Assembly: GCA_030390025.1 (NCBI GenBank)
Contig: CM059425.1
Span: 175,648,001-175,712,000, forward strand
DNA: 64,000 bases
Direction of reading: 5' to 3'
From: Squalus acanthias
Lineage: Eukaryota
Part shown: positions 39,454 to 49,071 of the stretch, in pieces
Numbering within the stretch: the first letter of the stretch is position 1
Layout: every line of letters starts with the position of its first letter
Notes under the pieces: generated by a model
Databases searched by the model: none
What the model was told of the DNA's origin: nothing
Seen by the model: only the letters and a program-made list of their open reading frames with translations
Translations under genes and position numbers: made by a program

Positions 39454-42132
39454 TCACGTTCTGTATCGTGACATGAACCCGATATCGCGATTGAGGCCAT
39501 CCTCATGAGTGCGGAACTTGGCTATCAGTTTCTGCTCTATGATTTTGCGCTGTCGTGTATCTCGAAGGCCGCCTTGGAGAACGCTTACCCGCAGATCCGA
39601 GGCTGAATGCCCCTGGCTGCTGAAGTGTTCCCCGACTGGGAGGCAACCCTCCTGCCTGGCGATTGTTGCGCGGTGTCCGTTCATACGTTGTCTCAGTGTC
39701 TGCATGGTCTCGCCGATGTACCATGCTCTGGAGCATCCTTTACTGCAACGTATCAGGTAGACAACGTTGGCCGAGTCACATGAGTATGTACCGTGTACCT
39801 GGTGGGTAGTGTCCTCACGTGTAATGATGGTATCTGTGTCCATGATTTGGCATGTCTTGCAGAGGTTGCCGTGGCAGGGTTGTGTGGTGTCTTGGTTGCT
39901 GTTATCCTGAAAGATGGGTAATCTGCTGCGAACGATGGTACTTTTGAGGTTAGGCGGCTGCTTGAAGGCGAGTAGTGGAGGCGTGGGGATGGCCTTAGCA
40001 AGGTGTTCGTCGTCATCGATGACATGTTGAAGGCTGCGAAGAACATGGCGTAGTTTTTCCGCTCCGGGGAAGTACTGGACGATGTAGGGTACTCTGTTGG
40101 TTGTGTCCCGTGTTCGTCTTCTGAGGAGGTCTATGCGGTTTTTCGCTGTGGCCCATCGGAACTGTCGATCGACGAGTCGAGCATCATATCCCGTTCTTAT
40201 GAGGGCGTCTTTCAGTGTCCGTAGGTGTCCATCGCGTTCCTCCTCGTCTGAGCAGATCCTGTGTATTCGCAGGGCTTGTCCATAGGGGATGGCTTCTTTA
40301 ACGTGGTTAGGGTGGAAGCTGGAGAAGTGGAGCATCGTGAGGTTGTCCGTGGGCTTGCGGTAGAGTGAAGTGCTGAGGCGTCCGTCTTTGATGGAGATTC
40401 GTGTGTCCAAGAATGAAACCGATTCTGAGGAGTAGTCCATGGTGAGTTTGATGGTGGGATGGAACCTGTTGATGCTATCGTGTAGTCCTTTCAGTGATCC
40501 TTCGCCGTGGGTCCAAAGGAAGAAGATGTCGTCGATGTATCTGGTGTACAGCGTTGGTTGGAGGTCCTGTGCAGCGAAGAAGTCTTGCTCGAACTTGTGC
40601 ATGAAGATGTTGGCGTATTGGGGTGCGAATTTGGTCCCCATGGCTGTTCCGTGTGTTTGGGTGAAAAAATGGTTGTCGAAGGTGAAGACATTGTGGTCAA
40701 GGATGAAGCGGATGAGTTGTAGGATGGCGTCCGGAGATTGGCTGTTGTTGGTGTTGAGTACTGAGGCTGTCGCAGCGATGCCGTCATTGTGGGGGATATT
40801 GGTGTAGAGTGCCGATACGTCCATTGTGATGAGGAGTGTTCCTGGTTCAACTGGTCCATGGGTGCTGAGTTTCTGCAAGAAGTCTGTAGTGTCGCGACAG
40901 AAGCTGGGGGTTCCCTGTACGATGGGTTTCAGGATGCCCTCGACGTACCCAGAGAGGTTCTCACACAGGGTTCCGTTGCCTGATATGATAGGACGTCTGG
41001 GTGTGTTGGCTTTGTGTATCTTTGGGAGGCAGTAAAAGTCTCCTATGCGGGGAGTACGTGGGATGAGAGCGCGTAGGATGTTTTGAAGGTCTGGATCGAA
41101 GGTCTTGATCAGTCTATTGAGTTGGCGGGTGTGTTCTTTGGTCGGATCTGCGGGTAGCTGTCTGTAGTGTTCCTGGTTGTCCAGTTGTCGGTATGCTTCT
41201 TTGCAATAGTCCGTTCTGTTCTGTATGACGATGGCTCCTCCTTTGTCCGCTGGTTTGATGACGATGTTGCGGTTGGTCTTGAGTGCGTGGATGGCGTTGC
41301 GTTGTGCTCGGGTGACATTCTGGACTGTCTTGTGAGTACGGGTGATGAATCTAGCGTTGATGCATTTCCTGACAGCTTGAGCATACATGTCAAGCTTAGG
41401 GTTGCGACCCTCCGGAGGGGTTCAATTTGACTCTTTCTTCCTCGGTTGTAGCACTGCGGTTCCCTCTGTCTGCTGTTCCGGATCATTGATTGTCCCATTA
41501 GGAATGTTGCTGACATCTTGGGATTTGTGGTAGTATTCCCGGATCCTCATTCTCCTGATGAATTCCTCTGTGTCCGCCGCGAGACCGATGGGGTCCATTT
41601 TGGTGGTGGGGCAGAACTTGAGCCCTAGGGCGAGAACTTCGATTTCGTCTGGTTGAAGGGTGTGGTCCGACAGGTTGACGATGGACTTCCCTGTGGTTGC
41701 AACCGTGGTACCGGGGGAGGCTTGGTTGTAGCTGGTGGTTACGCCGAGTTTCTCAAGCTTCCTGTTCTTGATGTGCATGTAGGCAGCGTAGTTCCGTTGC
41801 CTCGTCTGTTTGGCGGTGTCTCGTAGCTGGTCTGCTGTGTCCTGAGCACAGGCTGAGAGCATGGACTCTATCTTGGTTTCGAGGTTGCGACGTCTGCTGT
41901 AGAGCTGGTGTACGAGATGGTTGAGGAGTGTGCGAGAGGTACGACGGCAGAGTCTCTCAGCGTAGTCTGTGTTGTATGTCGACTTGAGTGGGTTCGTGAT
42001 CTGTAGTCCTTTCGGAATCTTGTCTGCTTTCTTGCATCTCTGCAGGTACTTGATGTCTGTGTCAATATGCGCGATCTTCTTGGCGATTCTCTCCACTTTG
42101 AGCCGGCAGTTTGCGGTGTCAATAGAGGTCAT
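39454..42132 (-). pseudogene. Penelope-like RT + GIY-YIG endonuclease ORF (893 codons) with one in-frame TGA at 41422-41424
   Basis: 'IKPADKGG', 'FYCLPKIHK', 'MDVSALYT', 'GTAMG', 'RYIDD', 'NVVYLIRC…YIGET'; both ORF pieces share one frame. Confidence 0.93.
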
Positions 42133-42219
42133 GATGTGGAGATGCCGGCGTTGGACTGGGGTGGACAAAAATGAGAAGTCGCACAACACCAGGTTATAGT
42201 CCAACAGATTTATTTAATT

Positions 42220-42258
42220 TTACAAGCTTTCGAAGCAGTTCGCTCCTTCGTCAGGTAA
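42220..42258 (-). ncRNA. Minimal hammerhead ribozyme motif in 5' pLTR
   Basis: Identical to 39195-39233. Confidence 0.75.
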
Positions 42259-43513
42259 GTTAGCAATGAGAGAATCTCCCAGAATTCACAATTTAAACCC
42301 AGACAAAATCTATTCACATTATTCCCTACAACAAAGAGCACAGCCAAGACAATGAGATGTGTCCCAGGGGGTCCAACGTGTCAAACCACCTGCTGGCTGC
42401 ATATCCTGTCAATTTGTGTTCTTGTGTTAGTCTTTTTAAAAAAAAAAAAACACCTGGGAAGACCGGCCATGATGTCAAGTCACGTTCTGTATCGTGACAT
42501 GAACCCGATATCGCGATTGAGGCCATCCTCATGAGTGCGGAACTTGGCTATCAGTTTCTGCTCTATGATTTTGCGCTGTCGTGTATCTCGAAGGCCGCCT
42601 TGGAGAACGCTTACCCGCAGATCCGAGGCTGAATGCCCCTGGCTGCTGAAGTGTTCCCCGACTGGGAGGCAACCCTCCTGCCTGGCGATTGTTGCGCGGT
42701 GTCCGTTCATACGTTGTCTCAGTGTCTGCATGGTCTCGCCGATGTACCATGCTCTGGAGCATCCTTTACTGCAACGTATCAGGTAGACAACGTTGGCCGA
42801 GTCACATGAGTATGTACCGCGTACCTGGTGGGTAGTGTCCTCACGTGTAATGATGGTATCCACAACCCTGCCACGGCAACCTCTGCAAGACATGCCAAAT
42901 CATGGACACAGATACCATCATTACACGTGAGGACACTACCCACCAGGTACACGGTACATACTCATGTGACTCGGCCAACGTTGTCTACCTGATACGTTGC
43001 AGTAAAGGATGCTCCAGAGCATGGTACATCGGCGAGACCATGCAGACACTGAGACAACGTATGAACGGACACCGCGCAACAATCGCCAGGCAGGAGGGTT
43101 GCCTCCCAGTCGGGGAACACTTCAGCAGCCAGGGGCATTCAGCCTCGGATCTGCGGGTAAGCGTTCTCCAAGGCGGCCTTCGAGATACACGACAGCGCAA
43201 AATCATAGAGCAGAAACTGATAGCCAAGTTCCGCACTCATGAGGATGGCCTCAATCGCGATATCGGGTTCATGTCACGATACAGAACGTGACTTGACATC
43301 ATGGCCGGTCTTCCCAGGTGTTTTTTTTTTTTTTAAAAAGACTAACACAAGAACACAAATTGACAGGATATGCAGCCAGCAGGTGGTTTGACACGTTGGA
43401 CCCCCTGGGACACATCTCATTGTCTTGGCTGTGCTCTTTGTTGTAGGGAATAATGTGAATAGATTTTGTCTGGGTTTAAATTGTGAATTCTGGGAGATTC
43501 TCTCATTGCTAAC

Positions 43514-43552
43514 TTACCTGCCGAAGGAGCGAACTGCTTCGAAAGCTTGTAA
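43514..43552 (+). ncRNA. Hammerhead motif with core substitution (CTGCCGA) in the inverted pLTR
   Basis: Same as the other copies except A>C at 43521. Confidence 0.6.
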
Positions 43553-44684
43553 AATTAAATAAATCTGTTGGACTATAACCTGGTGTTGTGCGACTTCTCA
43601 GATGAAAAGAGCAACTGCAGTACTCACCATTATTTCTGTTTGACTTGTTTAAAGGAAAGTAGTGCATGATTTCTCTTGGTGCCATGTCAACATTTGATCT
43701 GAATAAGAAAGGTTGGTATGATGTCAAATATATGATCCCTATTAACAAAGCAGGCATCTTTTGCACATTTTACTTCCTTCATTCTGAATATAAAAATATG
43801 TAAGAATTTTCTGTATAAGTGCAGTCACCTAATATAGCACAATGTTCTTTGTTTTTCAGTGTGTATATGGGAGGGGAGCAAAGGATCTGGACTTCAATGT
43901 ATTGTTAGCCGTTTCACTTTTACCTTTAACTTCCCTGATATTTTAGCCCCTTTCTCTTCTCCTTAAATGCAAGTCACCTTCTTACGTGTCTTCTCCAACC
44001 TCTCTCTGTTAGAACTGTTTTTATCTTTCCCTAGTTATCAGTACCTCAATGGTCTTTTATGAACTATCCTCTCTTGTTCGTCATAACAACAAACAACAAC
44101 AACAACGACTTGCATTTATATAGCTCCTTCAGTATAGAAAAATGTCTCAAGGTGCTTCACAGAGACGTAATCCGATACAAAATGGACACTGAGAGAAAGA
44201 AGGAGATATTAGGAGTGGCGACCAAAAGCTTGGTTAAAGTGTTGGGTTTTACCGAGAACATTAAAAGGAGGAGAGGGAAGTGAAGAGATGGAGTGATTTA
44301 GGGAGGGAATTCCAGAGTACGGGGCCTAGACGACTGAAAGCACAGCTGCCATTGGAAGGGTGATGCACAAAAGGCCAAGGTTAGAGGAACGGATGTTACA
44401 GAGATAGGGAGCAGTGAGGCCAATAAGGGATTTAAACACGAGGATAAGATGTTTGAGGTGTTAGGGGTCTGGGAACCAATGTAGCTCAGCAAGGACAGGG
44501 GTGAGGGGGACTTGGTGTGGGTAGGACATGGGCAGCGGAGTTTTGGATGATGTGAAGAATATGGAGGGAGGAGGATGGGAGGCCAGTCAGGAGAATAATA
44601 GAATAGTCAAGTCTGTAGGTGACAAAGACTGTGGCCGGAATTTTCCCCTAAGAAAACGGTGGGTTTGGACCGTGGGGGCAGTTA

Positions 44685-45582
44685 GGGGGAAAAATTCAGT
44701 ATCGCCCCGTTTGGGGCGCAATTATCGGCTGTGTGCAAAGATTAGCGCCTGGTGCTAATTATCACCTCCGACTGCAAACTTGACTTTTATCGCCCCTGGA
44801 GGTGATTGGAGCGCTAAATCAGGTGCTACACATCTGTCTTAAGGCGCAAAGGGCGAGGAGCGAGGCGCTAACTTAGAGTGCTGGCGAAGCTCATGTGATG
44901 TCAGTCAGCAATGGAACACACACACAATGGCGCCGGTCAGTTCTTAAAGGGGAGGGTTGATCTTGCTTTCCATCCACATCCTGCTCATTGCAGCCTTGAA
45001 TCTTGGCCTGGAGAGACCTGTACATCAAATCTGTTGAAAAGAACGATGGAGAGAACCAGGGAAAGAGCTCAGAGTGCAACCCCACAGTCTCTTCTAATTC
45101 GATACAAGGAAGGGCAAATCAAAATGAACCTGCAAAGTGCTGCTCAGTACCCAAAACTCCTTCACACAGCGTTGAATCTCTCCAGAAGTCTCTCTCTCTC
45201 TCTCTCTCTCTCAGAATGCGTGGTTCAAAAATGTCACCAACAAAAAAAGTCAGGAAGCGGTCGCCTTTAAATAGCGCTTCCCCAGTCCCTTCCTGACTGC
45301 AGAACGCTCCCCTCAACCTGTCGTTGCTAGCGGCAGGCGGTAAGGCAGGGGGCGCCACTCAATATCCGCTCCGGGGCACTACCGGGGCGTTGCGCACTCG
45401 ACTGACGTCACGATCTGCCGGCGCAGGAGATCGTGGCGGTAGTGTTTAGCGCCGCCGCAAAATGTCTAGTTAATTTCACGAGCGGCGCAAACATCGCTGC
45501 GCCTGGGCGCTAGTTGCTTTGCGCCCCATTAGTGCCTGCTTAAGGCGCTAACGGGAGGCGCAACCAACTGAATTTTTCCCCC
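44685..45582. mobile_element. Harbinger-type MITE (inner, nested)
   Basis: Perfect 16-bp TIRs GGGGGAAAAATTCAGT; TSD TTA. Confidence 0.92.
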
Positions 45583-45719
45583 TTAAAGTTTTAAAAATGG
45601 GATTCCCGACCTAATCCCGCCTCCAACACGCCCAGTTCCGGTTTTGCCGGAGGTGGGATGGTGGTGGGGGGGGGGGGGGTGGAGTGTTGGGATGAGGGTG
45701 AGGCCCTGATCCTCTCTCC

Positions 45720-46135
45720 CCCACTCCGCCGATCCCTGGCCAATGCCCCCCCCAACCCTGCGATCCCTGGCGACCCAGCCACGATCCCCTGTGACGCCCC
45801 CCCACGATCCCTGGCGACGCCCCCCCACGATCCCTGGCGACGCCCCCCCCCACGATCCCTGGCGACCCCCCCCCCACGATCCCTAGCAACCCACCCCCCC
45901 CACGATCCCTGGCAACCCACCCCCCCACAATCCCTGGCAACCCACCCCCCACGATTCCTGGCAACCCACCCCCCCACGATCCCTGGCAACCCACCCCCCC
46001 ACGATCCCTGGCAACCCACCTCCCCACGATCCCTGGCAACGCCCCCCCACGATCCCTGGTGATGCCCCCCCCCGCGATCCCTGGCAACGCCCCCCCCCGC
46101 GATCCCTGGCTGACCCCCACCCGCCGATCCATGGC
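45720..46135 (+). repeat. C-rich minisatellite, ~20-25-bp unit (C)nACGATCCCTGGC(A/G)AC
   Basis: More than 15 degenerate tandem units. Confidence 0.9.
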
Positions 46136-46977
46136 CGATCCTCTCCCACCTCCCCCAGATCCCCGACCCCTGCCGATCCTCTACCCTCCCATCCCTATCC
46201 CCGACCGATTGCTGACCCCCCCCAGCCGATCCCCGACCCCAGCCGATCCTCTCTCCCCCCCCCCCCCGATCCTCAGCCGATTGCTGGCCCCCCTCCCGTG
46301 GTCCCTCCCCCGGACTAGCCCCTCGCTGCTGAGGCCTACCCGCCCGCAGCCAGCCAGTCTCTCAATCTGGCTGGCTGTGGGCAGGAATCTGAGTCCTCAC
46401 ATTCAAACCCGGCCTCCTGGGTTTCCCGCCCACCTTGGCGGCCTCCCACCCCCAATCCGCTTCCCGTGAGAAAATTCCAGCCTGTATGAGGGTTTCAGTG
46501 GGAGATGGGTTCAGTTAGTGGCAGGCGATGTTACAGAGGTGGAAGTAGATGGTGTTTGTGCTGGACAGTATTGAGGGTCGGAAGCTCTGCTCGGGTTTGA
46601 AAAGGACACCTTTTTACTTCTCTTTTTTCATGTTTGCTTCTCTTGCCAATGATGTTAATGCATTTTTATGACTAAAGTAAAGAATACACCAGTGGATAGC
46701 AGAAGTAGTTTGGGATAGTGGACAGCTGTTTGGGTTCTGCCAGGATCACTCGGCGACAATACAGCCTTGGCTCAAACATGGACACAAGAGCTGAATTCCG
46801 GAGGTTTGGTTAGGGTGATTGTCCTTGACTTCAAGGAAGCATTTGACTTAAAGTGGCATCAAGAAGCCCTAGTAAAACTGAAGTCAATGGGGAACAGGGG
46901 GGAATTCTTCAGTGGCTGCAAGCATATCTGACACAACAGAAGATTGTTGTACTTTTCAGAAGCCCATCGTCTTAGCC

Positions 46978-48389
46978 CAGGGGTGGGCAATTATTTGGGC
47001 TGGAGGGCCACTGAACCAGTTTTGGTCAGCTGCTGAGGGCCGCACACATAAAATAAATTGTGTCAACAACAGCTACCATTAAAATGTGTTGTGGCATTTA
47101 TTGTATAAAGAACCCTTCATGTCGTTTCCACACTTAATAAAAATAACAACACTTAATAACATGCTAATGAACATGATACAGGTTTACAAGTAACATTGAA
47201 AAGTGCACGGTCTGTTTATTCCAAATGGTCTAAAATTCATTCTTATAGTGGAAAATGAGGGATCGATTCTGCTTCCACTGGCATTTATAAACAAGGCATA
47301 AGGCACAATTAAGGATAAAATCATTTACACAACCTTTAAAAATTACACGTGAAATTTCTGCTTTGATGCCTTTGAAACCTCGTTAAGAAATAAATAGGTG
47401 ACCCGGAAAATGATTTATATTCCAAGTTGTGCCCCAGATCAGCCATCAAATTGCGCTTGTCCATTGTCAACGTACAATCACTCCTGAGAAAACCAAGACG
47501 CCGATAGAGTTTGCGGACTTTCACTTGGGAATGGGCACAAGTAATGTACCATTATAATACACACTTCTTCCCCGTGTCCTATTTATTACTGGGACTGGCC
47601 AACGACATAAATCTCTACAACCCTCTTCCAGTCATGACAATAAACTTAAATTGTTCATGGTATGATAAAAAAGGGCTTAAATTAAAAACAGTGAATGCAA
47701 TGTCCAATCTACCCAGGTCCATTTAGTTATGCCTCCACTATGCTAATTAAGTGGGATAATATTAAAACGAGTGAATAATTGTGCAAGAATTGATAACCCC
47801 ACTAAGAGCAAAGTGTTAAATTGGTAAATTTGAAACAGACCAACTCATAGTGTTGATCATCACTCCCACTTCTACCCTCCCAATAATTTATAAACATAAA
47901 TTCAGATAATAGTCAGATACTATCTTAAGTACACAAAATGTAGTGTATAATAGTAAAATCTTCTGTTATTAAATGAATGAAATGTTTGATCGATTGACTA
48001 GATGCTGTACTGAAAGTTTACGTGGCTGTTTGGCAGAGCAGCTTGAGTCTGTAGGGCTTCTGACGTGAGAGGTGTTCCCTTTTTAGTGTGCTGAGTACGG
48101 GAGCCCAAGGCTTCGCAAGGCCTGAACTACAATTGCGTACCTTTACCTGGAGTCCTTGTGCTCCGGGATCCACTCCCGTGTCTAAGACAGCAATGAGAAC
48201 ACCCCTGCCATCGTACTCTGGGTACAAAAGAATATAAGTACGAGGAAAGACACAGCGCCGGTCTCTTTCTTTGGTAAAAGAGTCATTGAAATGAGCAGCC
48301 ATGACTCGACTTAGACTAATGTGCAGCTCGAGCTCCGGCTCGCGCTCTATTTCTATCCCGGCCAGTGGGCCGGATTTTGCCCACCACTG
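46978..48389. mobile_element. Non-autonomous hAT (Charlie-like) DNA transposon carrying a host gene fragment
   Basis: TIRs CAGGGGTGGGCAA / TTGCCCACCACTG (12/13); perfect 8-bp TSD TCTTAGCC (46970-46977, 48390-48397); no transposase ORF. Confidence 0.92.
48147..48302 (-). pseudogene. TPP2: Captured, frameshifted copy of tripeptidyl-peptidase II exon 1 with splice donor
   Basis: Two frames give M…'[13 protein letters not shown]' and '[26 protein letters not shown]', followed by GTAAAG; matches the vertebrate TPP2 N-terminus as recalled ([39 protein letters not shown]). Confidence 0.92.
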
Positions 48390-48971
48390 TCTTAGCCCCA
48401 GGACATTGTTGCAGGAGTTCCTCAAGGCAGTGTCCTCAGTCCAACTACCTTCAGTTGCTTCATCCAAGCTTGGGCTGATAAGAGGCAAATAACATTCATG
48501 CCACAAAAGTGCCAGGCAATGACTATCTCCAACAAGATAGAGTCTAACCACATCCCATTGACATTACTATCGTCGAGTCCCCCAATATCAACATCTTGGG
48601 GTCACCATTGACTAGAAATTCAACTGGACCTGCCACATAAATGCTGTGGCTACTAGAGCAGGGCAGAGGTTGGGTATTCTTCAGTGAGTGGCTCGCCTCC
48701 TGACCCCCCAAAGCTTCTCCATCACCTACAACGCACAAATCAGGAGTGTAATGAAATATTTTCCATTGCTGCAAGAACACTCAAGAAACTCCACACCATT
48801 CAGGATAAAGCAATCTGCTTGATGGGCACTGTGGTAACACAATACAGCTTCCTGTGACTCGAACTTTATTGCATCACTTCCTGTGATTAGTCCAGGATAA
48901 ATACTGGACTAACAACAGAAAACGCTGGAAAAACTCAGCAGGCCAGGCAGCATCCGTGGAGAGAGAAAGAG

Positions 48972-49008
48972 AGTTGACGTTTCAGGTCGATGACCTTTCA
49001 TCAGAACT
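48972..49008 (-). ncRNA. Minimal type I hammerhead ribozyme motif
   Basis: agtt-CTGATGA-a-AGGTC-atc-GACCT-GAAA-CG-TC-aact (GUC cleavage triplet). Confidence 0.8.
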
Positions 49009-49071
49009 GGGAAGAGCTGGAAATCAAATAGATTTAAGGCCAGGGTAAAGCTGGGAAAAGGGGGAGGGGAT

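Larger units (their letters stand above)
39104..43600 (-). mobile_element. Complete Penelope-like retroelement insertion: pLTR-ORF-pLTR plus inverted pLTR
   Basis: Direct repeat 39104-39834 / 42129-42860; inverted copy 42861-43600; TSD (CTCA)GATGAAAAGA at 39090-39103 and 43597-43610. Confidence 0.95.
44633..46482. mobile_element. Harbinger-type non-autonomous element (outer)
   Basis: TIRs GGCCGGAATTTTC / GAAAATTCCAGCC (12/13); TSD TGT. Confidence 0.85.
44105..46610 (-). mobile_element. L2 3' fragment (44105-44632 and 46483-46610) split by nested MITEs
   Basis: L2 tail similar to 25645-25930; sequence rejoins across the TGT TSD. Confidence 0.75.

Noticed and set aside
43845..43905. Possible small host exon after 'ttctttgtttttcag'
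   Set aside because: Acceptor-like tract only, with a weak donor and no recognisable peptide; cannot be supported without RNA-seq
45583..46469. Gly/Pro-rich ORFs
   Set aside because: Translations of the C-rich minisatellite
48018..48551. 177-aa ORF as the genuine TPP2 gene
   Set aside because: Only one exon, with indels, bounded by TIRs and a TSD; the ORF start is antisense LINE sequence and no other TPP2 exons are visible
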